From: an uncultured Gemmatimonadales bacterium
GTDB lineage: Bacteria; Gemmatimonadota; Gemmatimonadetes; Longimicrobiales; RSA9
Length of the DNA stretch: 64,000 nt
Direction: 5' to 3'
Assembly (NCBI GenBank): GCA_963816355.1
Contig: CAWFKH010000003.1
Coordinates: forward strand, 1,376,001-1,440,000
Part shown: piece after piece, positions 37,848 to 47,369 of the stretch
How positions within the stretch are numbered: the stretch's first letter is position 1
How the letters are laid out: each line of letters starts with the position of its first letter
Notes under the pieces: generated by a model
Told to the model about the DNA's origin: nothing
Seen by the model: only the letters and a program-made list of their open reading frames with translations
The model's database searches: none
Position numbers and translations under genes: made by a program

Positions 37848-38464
37848 GCCAGCCGCAGGGCTTTGAGGATCACCTGCAGCGAGATCGGATCGGGAACGAG
37901 CACGAAGTGGCCCGTGAGCTGCTCGCTGTCCTCGCCCATGAAGAAGTCCGTGTCGATACAGAGCACGACCTCTTCGACCTGAGCGCCCAGATCGAAATCA
38001 CCGCTCGTCAGCACCGTGCCGGCGGCATCGATGGCGAGCCCCGGCACCGACGTCAGCAGCAGCATCCCCAGGAAATCCGAGAGCGCGTTCAGATACGCGC
38101 CCGTCACGATGTTGCCCACCTCCATCAGTGCCGATCGCTCGATCTCGCCGAAGCCGCTGGGGAAGACGACGTCGTGGCCGAGCAGGATGGCGGCGATGCG
38201 CGACGCCGTGCGCCCCGGAAAGATCTGCAGCGCGTGACCGGTCAGGTCGCCCAGCATCTGCAGCGCCACGGCCGCGATCTTCTCGTCCGGGTCCCCCACG
38301 AGCCCCGGCACCTCCTCGAGCGTCACCATGCGCATGCGCGGGACGCGAACCATGATGCGCCGCGACGTGAGCTGCGACAGCGCGGTCGCGGCGTGACCGG
38401 CGCCGACCGTCGCCACTTCCCGCAGACCGTCGAGCTGCAGCGCGCCGAGCTCGCGGATGTCCAT
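37844..38464 (-). CDS. cheC: CheY-P phosphatase CheC
   Basis: EVATVGAGHAATALS and SALMEVGNI..AYLNALS repeats. Confidence 0.92.
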   Translation of the reverse strand: MDIRELGALQLDGLREVATVGAGHAATALSQLTSRRIMVRVPRMRMVTLEEVPGLVGDPDEKIAAVALQMLGDLTGHALQIFPGRTASRIAAILLGHDVVFPSGFGEIERSALMEVGNIVTGAYLNALSDFLGMLLLTSVPGLAIDAAGTVLTSGDFDLGAQVEEVVLCIDTDFFMGEDSEQLTGHFVLVPDPISLQVILKALRLA

Positions 38465-38474
38465 GCGCCCTCCC

Positions 38475-40346
38475 CTATTCCAGGCTCAGCGGATCGAGCA
38501 CCAGCGCCGGCCGCCCGTCCGCCAGAACCGTCACTCCGCCGAACACCGGCAGCGTGCCGGCCGGCGGGTCGAAGCCCTTGAGCACGATCCTCTCCCTGCC
38601 GAGTAGCGCGTCCACCGCGAGCGCACGCCGGCCCAAGCCGCCGGAGACGACCGCGGCGGCGCGCTCGACCGGCTCTTCGCGCCCGGCCAGGATCCGCCCG
38701 AGCCGCAGCAGCAGGATCTCCTCCCCGCGCAGCCGCAACCGCTCCGCCCCCCCCTCCTCTGGCCCCGCCCCACCGCCGACGACCGACCCCGCATCGAGAT
38801 ATACGACCTCCTCGACGTGCGCCAGCGGGAGCATGTACTCGTCGTCCGCGACGCGCACGCGGAGCGCGGCGGCGAGGGCCACCGTCAACGGCACCGAGAG
38901 CGAGAAGCACGTCCCCTCGCCCGCGCGCGTCTCCAGCTCCAGCCATCCGCCCACCCTGCGCACGCGGTCCGTCACGAGGTCGAGGCCGACGCCACGGCCG
39001 GAGATCTCGCTGACCCGATCCGCCGTCGAGAGGCCGGGGCGCGTGAGCAGCCGCAACAGCTCGCCGCCGCCGCATACGTGCTCGCCATCGCGCAGGAGCC
39101 CGAGCGTGCGCGCGCGCTCCTCGACCCGCTCGGCCGCGATGCCGCGGCCGTCGTCGCGAACGCGAATGACGACGCGCCGCGACCGCTCCCGCGTCGCCTC
39201 GATGACCACGGACCCGGCATCCGGCTTCCCTGCGGCCCCGCGCTCCTCGGGCGGCTCGATCCCATGGTCGACCGCGTTGCGCACGAGGTGCAGAAGCGGG
39301 TCCGCGATCGCGTCGACGATCTCGCGGTCCAGCGCGACGTCGGCGCCGGAGACCGTCAGCTCGACCCGCTTGCCGAGGCGCCGCGCCGTGTCCCTGACGA
39401 AGCGGGGCAGCCGTTCGAAGGCCTCCGTGAGTGGCACGAGGCGCGCCCGCAGCACGCTCTCCTGCAACGCCGACACCTGGCGGGCGAGGCGCTCCACCAC
39501 GTCCGCGACCGCGCCCTCCTCCCCCGCCAGCGCCCGCAGCCGCTCCTGCACCCCGAGCAGCTCGGCCACACCCTCGCTCAGCTCGTCGAGCACCGAGAGC
39601 GCGACCCGCACCGAGCGCGTCTCCGCCGGCACCGGTGCGCTCCCGCGCTCGACCTCGAGCGACTCGACGTCGCTCTCGGCGCGCACCGCCGCGCGCACCG
39701 CCTCCGGATCCGCGCCGCCACCGAGGAAGACGCGCAACCGTCCCTCGAACGATTCGTCCAGCGCCGCCGGCTCGGTGCCGAGCACGGGCGCCACCGCCGC
39801 GAGGCGACGCAGCACGATCATCGCCCGCGCGAGCTTGAATGCGACGTCGTCGCGCAGGCGCACCGTCGCGATCACCGTCGTTCCGGCGGGAACCGGATCC
39901 TCGCGCCCGCCCTCCGCGGCCGGCGGCCGTCGCGGGCCGCGCCGCGGAGCGTCCACGAGCGCCGGCCGCGCCGGCTCGGTGACGGCGGCGGTGCGGGCGA
40001 CGCTCCGGTCGCCGAGCTCCCCGTCGCCTTCCCGCTCGATCGAGCGGTCGACCGCTCGCTCCAGCGCGTCGGCCAGCTCGAGCAGGCGGTCGATCGTCTC
40101 CGCCGAGGCCGCGCCGGCGTCCGCTCGCAGCGCGTCGAGCCGGTCCTCCAGCCGGTGCGCGGCGTCCACGACGTCGGCGAAGCCCATGACGGCGGCCATC
40201 CCCTTCAGCGTGTGCGCCGCGCGGAACGCCGGCTCGAGCGCGGCCCCGCCACCCTCCCGTTCCAGGTCGAGCAACGCCCGGCCGAGGGCGGCGACGTGGC
40301 CGCGCGCCTCGTCGGCGTACAGCGCGTGGTAGCCGGCAGCACGCAT
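38475..40346 (-). CDS. cheA: Chemotaxis histidine kinase CheA (P1-P2-P3-P4-P5)
   Basis: FRAAHTLKG, HLVRNAVDHG, DDGRG, SGRGVGLD, C-terminal CheW-like domain. Confidence 0.95.
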   Translation of the reverse strand: MRAAGYHALYADEARGHVAALGRALLDLEREGGGAALEPAFRAAHTLKGMAAVMGFADVVDAAHRLEDRLDALRADAGAASAETIDRLLELADALERAVDRSIEREGDGELGDRSVARTAAVTEPARPALVDAPRRGPRRPPAAEGGREDPVPAGTTVIATVRLRDDVAFKLARAMIVLRRLAAVAPVLGTEPAALDESFEGRLRVFLGGGADPEAVRAAVRAESDVESLEVERGSAPVPAETRSVRVALSVLDELSEGVAELLGVQERLRALAGEEGAVADVVERLARQVSALQESVLRARLVPLTEAFERLPRFVRDTARRLGKRVELTVSGADVALDREIVDAIADPLLHLVRNAVDHGIEPPEERGAAGKPDAGSVVIEATRERSRRVVIRVRDDGRGIAAERVEERARTLGLLRDGEHVCGGGELLRLLTRPGLSTADRVSEISGRGVGLDLVTDRVRRVGGWLELETRAGEGTCFSLSVPLTVALAAALRVRVADDEYMLPLAHVEEVVYLDAGSVVGGGAGPEEGGAERLRLRGEEILLLRLGRILAGREEPVERAAAVVSGGLGRRALAVDALLGRERIVLKGFDPPAGTLPVFGGVTVLADGRPALVLDPLSLE

Positions 40347-40354
40347 GGCGCCGG

Positions 40355-40717
40355 TCAGGCGAGCACGCGCTGGACGGCTTCGAGGACGCGCGACGGCTGG
40401 AACGGCTTGACGACGAAGTCCTTCGCGCCTGCCTGAACCGCCTCCACCACGAGCGCCTGCTGCCCCATCGCGCTGCACATCAGGATGCGGGCGTCGGGGA
40501 ACTCGTCGATGATCGCGCGCACGGCGTCGATGCCGCCCATGTCCGGCATCACGATGTCCATCGTGACGAAGTCCGGCTGCAGCTCGCGAAAGCGGTCGAC
40601 CGCTTCCGCCCCCGTCGCCGCCTCTCCCACCACCGCGAAGCCGGCTCGGCGCAGGATGTCGCCGAGCATCGTGCGCATGAAGATGGCGTCGTCACAGATC
40701 AGTACGCTTCGTTCCAT
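40355..40717 (-). CDS. cheY: Chemotaxis response regulator CheY (Bacillus/Thermotoga/DifD type)
   Basis: DDAIFMR, MDIVMP, CSAMGQ, DFVVKPF. Confidence 0.93.
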   Translation of the reverse strand: MERSVLICDDAIFMRTMLGDILRRAGFAVVGEAATGAEAVDRFRELQPDFVTMDIVMPDMGGIDAVRAIIDEFPDARILMCSAMGQQALVVEAVQAGAKDFVVKPFQPSRVLEAVQRVLA

Positions 40718-40754
40718 CGGTTCCTCGAGTCCGGGACGTTCGAGAGGCGACCGG

Positions 40755-41156
40755 TCAGGGCTCGCCGAGCACCGTCGCGAGCAGCCACGTCGGGTCGACC
40801 ACCACCGCGTCCTGCGGCGGCGTCTCCGCGAAGCAGACGATGCGACCCACGCGCATTCCGGCGAGTCCGTCGCCCCACTGCACCAGGACGATGCGATGGT
40901 CAGCGGCCGCGGTCGCCGGCGCGGCGCCGGTCAGCGGCCCGAGATCGACGACGGGCGCCACGCGACCGCGCACGCCGATCAGGCCGACCACAGCCGCCAC
41001 ACTGCCCGGCAGACGCGTGTACGGCTGCGGTGGCAGGATCTGGCGAACCCCGCGGAGCGGGAGCGCGAAGCGGCGATCCTCGCAGGCGCAGACGATCCAG
41101 TCCGGGGCCGCGCGCCGTTCTTCCGCTGGCGGCGCGGCCGCTGTATCGGACCGCAA
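40755..41156 (-). CDS. cheW: Chemotaxis coupling protein CheW
   Basis: FALP...V..I....YTRLPG....V.GLIGVRGRVAPVVDL; TTG start. Confidence 0.85.
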   Translation of the reverse strand: MRSDTAAAPPAEERRAAPDWIVCACEDRRFALPLRGVRQILPPQPYTRLPGSVAAVVGLIGVRGRVAPVVDLGPLTGAAPATAAADHRIVLVQWGDGLAGMRVGRIVCFAETPPQDAVVVDPTWLLATVLGEP

Positions 41157-41195
41157 TTCCAGCCTTCCTGTGCGGGAAATCGGGGAGGGACGTCG

Positions 41196-41225
41196 AATTT
41201 ACCGGACCGACGAGGCCGCGGTCAA
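41196..41225 (-). promoter_or_regulatory. Candidate sigma70 promoter of the chemosensory operon
   Basis: TTGACC-N18-TAAATT, about 40 nt upstream of cheW. Confidence 0.5.
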
Positions 41226-41263
41226 CGGTCGCCGGCCCGCGACGGACGGAGGCGCGCGACGCT

Positions 41264-42256
41264 TCAACGGTCCTCCGTGGGCGTCGACGTGGTGCGCGCC
41301 CACTCCGCCGCCGCGGCCAGGTCGGCGGGCAGGGGCGCCTCGAAGACGAGCGGCTCACCGGTGGTCGGGTGGTGGAAGCGCAGCCGCCACGCGTGCAGGA
41401 ACTGCCGTGGTACGCGCCGCTCGAGCTCGCGCGCCCACGCCCGTGCGGGTCCGCTGATCCCGCGCGCACCGCCGCCGCCGTAAGCGGGATCCGCCACGAC
41501 GGGATGGCCCACGTGGGCGAGGTGGACGCGGATCTGGTGGGTGCGCCCCGTCTCCAGCTCGGCGCGCAGCAGGTCGGCCGCGAGCCACCGCTCCAGCCGG
41601 CTGAACTGCGTCACCGCGCGCCGGCCTCCCTCCACGACCCCCATCCGCTTGCGGTCCCCGCGCGAGCGCCCGACCGGCGCGTCGACGCTGAGCCGCTCGC
41701 CGTCCAGATGACCCCAGCACGCCGCGAGATAGGTCCGCTTCACCTCGCGTCGCCTGAGCTGCGCGGAGAGACGGCGGTGCGCGCGATCGTTCTTCGCCAC
41801 GATCAGGAGCCCCGAGGTGTCGCGGTCGAGGCGATGGACGATGCCGGGTCGCGCCACGCCCCCGATTCCGGAAAGGTCGTCGAGATGGTGCAGCAGTGCG
41901 TTGACCAGCGTACCGGAGGGATGGCCGGGGGCCGGATGGACCACGAGGCCGGCGGGCTTCTCCACCACGGCGATGTCCTCGTCCTGGAAGAGGAAGCGCA
42001 GGGGAATCGCCTCCGCGGCGACGCCCGCCGCCCGGGTCGGAGGGACCCGCACTTCGATGACGTCGCCTTCGGCCAGGCGCTCGCTCTTGCGCGGCGCGCG
42101 ACCGTTCAGCCGGACGCAGTCCTCCGCCAGGAGCTGCGCGACGCGCGCGCGCGAGAGCTCCGGGAGGCGCGCCGCCACGTGGCGGTCGATGCGCTCGCCC
42201 GCGCCGGCGGCATCCACCCGCAGCGTCGTCGACTCCGGCTCAGCCGGCACCGACAT
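41264..42256 (-). CDS. rluD: RluD-like 23S rRNA pseudouridine synthase
   Basis: S4 domain, KPAGLVVHP, HRLDRDTSG, TGRTHQIRVH. Confidence 0.93.
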   Translation of the reverse strand: MSVPAEPESTTLRVDAAGAGERIDRHVAARLPELSRARVAQLLAEDCVRLNGRAPRKSERLAEGDVIEVRVPPTRAAGVAAEAIPLRFLFQDEDIAVVEKPAGLVVHPAPGHPSGTLVNALLHHLDDLSGIGGVARPGIVHRLDRDTSGLLIVAKNDRAHRRLSAQLRRREVKRTYLAACWGHLDGERLSVDAPVGRSRGDRKRMGVVEGGRRAVTQFSRLERWLAADLLRAELETGRTHQIRVHLAHVGHPVVADPAYGGGGARGISGPARAWARELERRVPRQFLHAWRLRFHHPTTGEPLVFEAPLPADLAAAAEWARTTSTPTEDR

Positions 42257-42776
42257 CGCCGCGGCGATCCTCCTTCCAGAGCGAGAGCGCGAGGAAGATC
42301 GCGCCGATCGTCACGGCGACGTCCGCCACGTTGAAGACGGGCCAGCGCAGCGTGCCGAGGCCCAGGTCGAGGAAGTCCACGACGCCGTGAACCGAGCGCA
42401 CGCGGTCGGCGAGATTGCCGAGGGCGCCGCCGCAAATGAGCGCGATGGCGGCGAGCCGGACGCGATCCGTCGCGGGCGTGAACCAGTACATCGCGCCGAG
42501 CGCCACCAGCGCGATCAGAGACAGGACGAGGAAGATCAGCCGGCTGTACGGCCCGAGGTGGATGCCGAACGCGGCGCCGGGGTTGTAGATGTAGGTGAGA
42601 CGCACGTAGTCGCCCACGAGGTTCACCTGCTGATAGAGGTGGAACGTGCGCTGCACGAACACCTTCGTGACGAAGTCGGTCACCACGACCGACAGCACGA
42701 TCCCCAGGAACAGCGCGGCCTTGGAGCCGTTCAGGCTCCGCACCGCCTCACTGCGTACCACCGTTGCGTCCGCCAC
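42240..42776 (-). CDS. lspA: Signal peptidase II
   Basis: NPGAAFG, GGALGNLADR, VVDF, FNVAD; start approximate. Confidence 0.95.
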   Translation of the reverse strand: MADATVVRSEAVRSLNGSKAALFLGIVLSVVVTDFVTKVFVQRTFHLYQQVNLVGDYVRLTYIYNPGAAFGIHLGPYSRLIFLVLSLIALVALGAMYWFTPATDRVRLAAIALICGGALGNLADRVRSVHGVVDFLDLGLGTLRWPVFNVADVAVTIGAIFLALSLWKEDRRGDVGAG

Positions 42777-42806
42777 GTCGTTCTCTTCTCGTCTCACCGG
42801 TGCCGT

Positions 42807-45800
42807 TCACGCCCTGCCGATTCCGATCGTCGCGCGCAGACCGTCGACCTCCGCGCGCCGCACGTGCTCCGCGCCACCGCCGTCCCACTCCCCGCTCCCC
42901 ACATGAAAGTCCCGGGCCAGCGTCTCGTGCGCGATCCGCTCGCCGTGCGCGCTCGCCGCCTCGCGGATCTCCGCATCGCCACCGATCACCAGCCGGATGC
43001 GGTCCTCCACCGCCAGACCCGCCTCGCGCCGCAGCATCTGCACGCGTTTCACGAGCTCGCGGGCCACCCCTTCGAGGCGCAGCGCATCGTCGATCGCGGG
43101 ATCGAGCGCGACCGTATACCCCTCGTCGCTCTCGACGATCAGATCCCCGCGCGCCTCCTGCCGGACATCCACCTCCCCGGCCCCCAGCTCGATCTCCTCG
43201 CCGTCCACGCTCACGCGCAGCGGCTCGCCCGCGCGGAAGCGGGCCAGCGCTTCCGGCGGCAGCTCGCGCACCCGTGCGGCGACCTCCTTCATGCGCGCGC
43301 CGAGCCGCGGTCCGAGCGTGCGGAAGTTCGGCTGCGCACGCAACGTCACCAGCTCCGAGGCCGCGTCGAGCAGTGCGACCTCCTTGACGTTCAGCTCGTC
43401 GCGCAGCACCGCGAGTGCCTCCGGCCCCGGCCGCGCGCCGGGCGCCGGAACCGCGTAGAGCGTGCGCAGCGGCTGTCGCACGCGGATTCTCGCCTGCTCG
43501 CGGGCCGCGCGCCCGAGGCGCGCCATTACGCGCACCGCGCCCATCTCACGCTCGAGCGCCTCGTCGACGGCGTCTTCCGCCGAACGGGGGAAGCCGGCGA
43601 GATGCGCGCTCTCACCGCCCGTGAGCGCGCGGTGCAGCCAGTCGGCGTGAAACGGCGCGGCCGGGCCCAGCAGGCGCGCGACGGTCCGGAGCACCTCGTG
43701 CAGGGTGCCGAACGCGGCCCGCGAGTCGGCAACGTCGACGCTGCCCCAGAAACGGTCGCGGCTGCGCCGGACGTACCAGTTCGAGACGTCGTCGACCACG
43801 AAATCGGCGACGGCGCGGAAGGCGCGGGTGACGTCGTAGGCCTCGAGGTCGCGGCCGACGCCGGCGACGAGACGGTTCAGCCGTGAGACGATCCAGCGGT
43901 CGAGCGCCGGCCGCTCCGCGAGCGGCGGGACGGCGTCACCCGGCTGCCACCCCTCGAGGCTCGCGTACAGCGCGAAGAAACGATACGTGTTCGCGATCGT
44001 GTCGAAGACGCGGCGCGCCGCCTCTCCGAGGGCGTCCGGGTCGTAGCGCTTCGCGACCCAGGGCTGACTGCCCGTGATGAAGTACCAGCGGATTGCGTCC
44101 GCGCCGAAGCGCTCGATCGCGTCCCACGGGTCGACCGCGTTGCCACGCGACTTCGACATCTTCTGGCCCTCGGCGTCGAGGACCAGATCGTTGACGATCA
44201 CGTGGCGGAAGGCGGGCCCCAGCTCGAGCAGCGTCGCGATCGCCAGCAGCGAATAGAACCAGCCGCGGGTCTGGTCGAGCCCCTCGCAGATGTAGTCGGC
44301 CGGGAAGTGGCGACGCCACGCGTCCTCGTTCTCGAACGGGTAGTGCCACTGCGCGTACGGCACGCTGCCGGAATCGAACCAGACATCGAGCACCTCCGGC
44401 GTGCGGCGCATCGTGCCGCCGCACTCGGCGCACCGCCACGTGAACTCGTCGATGCCCGGCTTGTGTGGATCGAACGGCTCCGGAAGCGGCCCCGCGCGAT
44501 CCGCGAGCTCCGCGAAGGAGCCGACGACCTCGACGTGCGCGGCGTCGGCGTCGCACACCCAGATCGGCAGCGGCGTGCCCCAGTAGCGCTCGCGCGACAG
44601 CGCCCAGTCGACGTTGCCGGCGAGCCACTCCCCCATGCGCCCGGAGCCCACCTCCGGCGGGTGCCATTCGATCTGCGCGTTGTTGCGCAGCAGCGCCTCC
44701 CTGTACTCGGTCGTGCGGGCGTACCACGAATCGCGCGCCATATAGATGAGCGGGCTGTCGCAGCGCCAGCAGTGCGGGTAGGAGTGCGTCACCGTGCCCG
44801 CCCCGAAGAGCCGCCCGCGCTCCCGCAGGTCCTGGATCAGGACGGCGTCCGCGTCCTTCACGAACACACCGCCGACCAGCGGTACGTCCGCCTCGAAGCG
44901 GCCCGCGTCGTCGACCGGCCGCAACAGCGGCAGGTCGTGTCGCTGCCCCGCCGCGAAATCGTCCGACCCGAACGCGGGCGCGAGGTGCACGATCCCGGTG
45001 CCCTCATCCGGACTGACGAACTCCTCGGCGACGACCCGCCACGCCTGCTCCGCGCCTTCCGCCACCTCCACGATGTCGAAGGGGCGGCGGTAGCGCAGAC
45101 CCACCAGATCCGCCGCCGAGTGCCGCGCGACGACACGCGCATCCTCGCCGAACAGCGCCGCCACTCGCGCCTCCGCCACGACGAGCCTGCGCCCGTCGAC
45201 CTCGACCTCCGCGTAAGTGAGGTCCGGGTGCACCGCGAGCGCGACGTTGGACGGGATCGTCCACGGCGTCGTCGTCCACACGACGAATGCGCGACCATCC
45301 TCGCCGCCCTGGGCGTCCAGGATCGGCGCGAGGAAATGGACGGAAGGGTCCTCCACCTCCTGGTAGCCCTGGGCGACCTCGTGCGACGAGAGCGCCGTGC
45401 CGCAGCGCGGGCAGTACGCCACGCTCTTGTAGCCGCGGTAGATCAGGCCCTTGTCCGCGAGGCGCTTGAGGATCCACCAGACGGACTCGATGTACTCCGG
45501 CGCGAACGTGATGTACGGCCGCGAGTAGTCGAGCCAGTAGCCGATCCGCTCGGAGAGCCGCTCCCACTCCTCCTTGTACGTGAACACGCTCTCGCGGCAC
45601 ACCTCGTTGAAGCGCGCGACGCCCACCTCCTCGATCTCGCGCTTGCCGCTGATGCCGAGCTTGCGCTCCGCCTCGATCTCCACCGGCAGGCCGTGCGTGT
45701 CCCACCCCGCGATGCGCGTGACGTGGCGACCCTGCATGGCGCGGAAGCGGCACACGACGTCCTTCAGCGTACGGCTGAGCACGTGGTGGATGCCCGGGCG

Positions 45801-45953
45801 GCCGTTCGCCGTCGGGGGACCCTCGAAGAAGACGAACTCCTCGGCTCCCTCCGTCGCCTCGAGCGTACGGCGGAAGAGGTCCTCCTCCCGCCACCACTCG
45901 AGCGTCTCGGCCTCGAGCGCACCCGCGCTCGCGGGATATTCCGGATACTTCAT
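42807..45953 (-). CDS. ileS: Isoleucyl-tRNA synthetase, type 2
   Basis: EGPPTANG.PGIHH, GWDTHGLP, WTTTPWT, DQTRGWF, KMSKS; IleRS2 C-terminus RVRQPL/ELNVK; alternative start 45968. Confidence 0.97.
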   Translation of the reverse strand: MKYPEYPASAGALEAETLEWWREEDLFRRTLEATEGAEEFVFFEGPPTANGRPGIHHVLSRTLKDVVCRFRAMQGRHVTRIAGWDTHGLPVEIEAERKLGISGKREIEEVGVARFNEVCRESVFTYKEEWERLSERIGYWLDYSRPYITFAPEYIESVWWILKRLADKGLIYRGYKSVAYCPRCGTALSSHEVAQGYQEVEDPSVHFLAPILDAQGGEDGRAFVVWTTTPWTIPSNVALAVHPDLTYAEVEVDGRRLVVAEARVAALFGEDARVVARHSAADLVGLRYRRPFDIVEVAEGAEQAWRVVAEEFVSPDEGTGIVHLAPAFGSDDFAAGQRHDLPLLRPVDDAGRFEADVPLVGGVFVKDADAVLIQDLRERGRLFGAGTVTHSYPHCWRCDSPLIYMARDSWYARTTEYREALLRNNAQIEWHPPEVGSGRMGEWLAGNVDWALSRERYWGTPLPIWVCDADAAHVEVVGSFAELADRAGPLPEPFDPHKPGIDEFTWRCAECGGTMRRTPEVLDVWFDSGSVPYAQWHYPFENEDAWRRHFPADYICEGLDQTRGWFYSLLAIATLLELGPAFRHVIVNDLVLDAEGQKMSKSRGNAVDPWDAIERFGADAIRWYFITGSQPWVAKRYDPDALGEAARRVFDTIANTYRFFALYASLEGWQPGDAVPPLAERPALDRWIVSRLNRLVAGVGRDLEAYDVTRAFRAVADFVVDDVSNWYVRRSRDRFWGSVDVADSRAAFGTLHEVLRTVARLLGPAAPFHADWLHRALTGGESAHLAGFPRSAEDAVDEALEREMGAVRVMARLGRAAREQARIRVRQPLRTLYAVPAPGARPGPEALAVLRDELNVKEVALLDAASELVTLRAQPNFRTLGPRLGARMKEVAARVRELPPEALARFRAGEPLRVSVDGEEIELGAGEVDVRQEARGDLIVESDEGYTVALDPAIDDALRLEGVARELVKRVQMLRREAGLAVEDRIRLVIGGDAEIREAASAHGERIAHETLARDFHVGSGEWDGGGAEHVRRAEVDGLRATIGIGRA

Positions 45954-46014
45954 CGGTTCCGTCCGCATCCGCGTCCCTGCCCGTGCCGCGCCACGGCGCC
46001 GCCGTCGCGCCGCA

Positions 46015-46875
46015 TCACGGCGCCGCCTCCTCGCCGTCCATCCGCTCCAGCACCCGCTCCATGAGCCGCGTCAGCCGCGGCTCCGCCTCGCCCGCGACCC
46101 GCAGGATCGTGGCGAGCTCGACCGGCGCGAGCGCGTCCGGCAGGCACGCATCCGTGACGATGCTCACGCCCAGCACGCGCATCCCCATGTGGCGGGCGGC
46201 GATCACCTCCGGCACCGTGCTCATGCCGACGAGGTCCGCGCCGAGCGCGCGCAGCATGCGGTACTCCGCCCGCGTCTCGAGGTTCGGTCCCGTCACGGCG
46301 ACGTAGACGCCGCGTCGCAGAGGGATCCTTTCGTCCAGCGCGACGCGCTCCGCCAGCGCCTTCAACCCCGCGTCGTACGGCTCCGACATGTCCGGGAAGC
46401 GAGGTCCCAGCTCGTCCAGATTCTCCCCCACCAGCGGGTTGTCGCCGAGCAGGTTGATGTGGTCCTCGATCAGCACGAGATCGCCCGGCGACCAGAGCGG
46501 GTTCATCGCCCCGCCAGCGTTCGAGACCAGGAGCGTGCTCGCGCCGAGCAGCCGCATCACCCGCACCGGAAAGACCACCTGCCGCAGCGAGTATCCTTCG
46601 TAGCGATGGAAGCGGCCCTGCATCGCCACCACGCGACGCCCGCCCAGGTCGCCGAACAGCAGCCGTCCCGCGTGCGACTCCACCGTCGAGACGGGGAAGT
46701 GCGGCAGATCCGCGTACGGAAACGCCGTCTCCACCCGCATCCGCTCCGCCAGCGCTCCCAGCCCGGTCCCCAGGATCAGACCTACCTCCGGCTCGAAAGC
46801 CGTGCTCGCCCGCACGGTCGCGACCGCTTCGGCGAGCGCCGCGCGAGCCGCCGCCGCGCTGGGAGTCTCGCTCAC
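46015..46875 (-). CDS. Purine-nucleoside phosphorylase (trimeric PNP type)
   Basis: [34 protein letters not shown]. Confidence 0.93.
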   Translation of the reverse strand: MSETPSAAAARAALAEAVATVRASTAFEPEVGLILGTGLGALAERMRVETAFPYADLPHFPVSTVESHAGRLLFGDLGGRRVVAMQGRFHRYEGYSLRQVVFPVRVMRLLGASTLLVSNAGGAMNPLWSPGDLVLIEDHINLLGDNPLVGENLDELGPRFPDMSEPYDAGLKALAERVALDERIPLRRGVYVAVTGPNLETRAEYRMLRALGADLVGMSTVPEVIAARHMGMRVLGVSIVTDACLPDALAPVELATILRVAGEAEPRLTRLMERVLERMDGEEAAP

Positions 46876-47369
46876 GACGCCTCGGGCCCGGACGCCGCGG
46901 GCTGGACATCGGCGGAGCGGGCGAACACGTCCAGCTCCGCGAGCTCGCGCTCCAGAAAGCGGCGGTAGCTCTCGGCGAACTGCTGCCGCCGCGCCTGCAG
47001 ACGACGCAGCTCGTCCACCTCCCGCTCGCGCAGCCGCAGCGCCTCGCCGCGCGCGCGCTCCGCGTCCGCCTCCGCTTCGCGCCGCACGAGCTCGGCCTCC
47101 TTCGCCGCCTGCTGTCGCACCTGCTCCCGCACCTCCTGCGCCGTCACCAGCGCCTCGGTCAACGCTTTCTCGCGCTCCCGGTACTCCGCTACCTGCTCCT
47201 CCAGATGCGCGTCCCGCTCGCTTACCGTTCTCGCCTCCCGCACCAGCTCCTCGAGACGCTCCGCGACGAGATCGAGGAACTGGTCCACCGCGGCCGTGTC
47301 GTAGCCGCGAACCGCACGGCGGAAGTCGCCCTTCTTCTTCCGCACGTCGATCGGCGTCAGGTCGATCAT
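46872..47369 (-). CDS. DivIVA-domain coiled-coil protein
   Basis: LTPIDV....F....RGYD...VD.FLD followed by a coiled coil. Confidence 0.9.
   Translation of the reverse strand: MIDLTPIDVRKKKGDFRRAVRGYDTAAVDQFLDLVAERLEELVREARTVSERDAHLEEQVAEYREREKALTEALVTAQEVREQVRQQAAKEAELVRREAEADAERARGEALRLREREVDELRRLQARRQQFAESYRRFLERELAELDVFARSADVQPAASGPEAS

Noticed and set aside
34293..37982. 1229-aa plus-strand ORF, and other long antisense ORFs such as 28812-31628, 52362-54956 and 13961-15955
   Set aside because: Shadow ORFs of high-GC genes on the opposite strand; Arg/Ala-rich with no domain motifs
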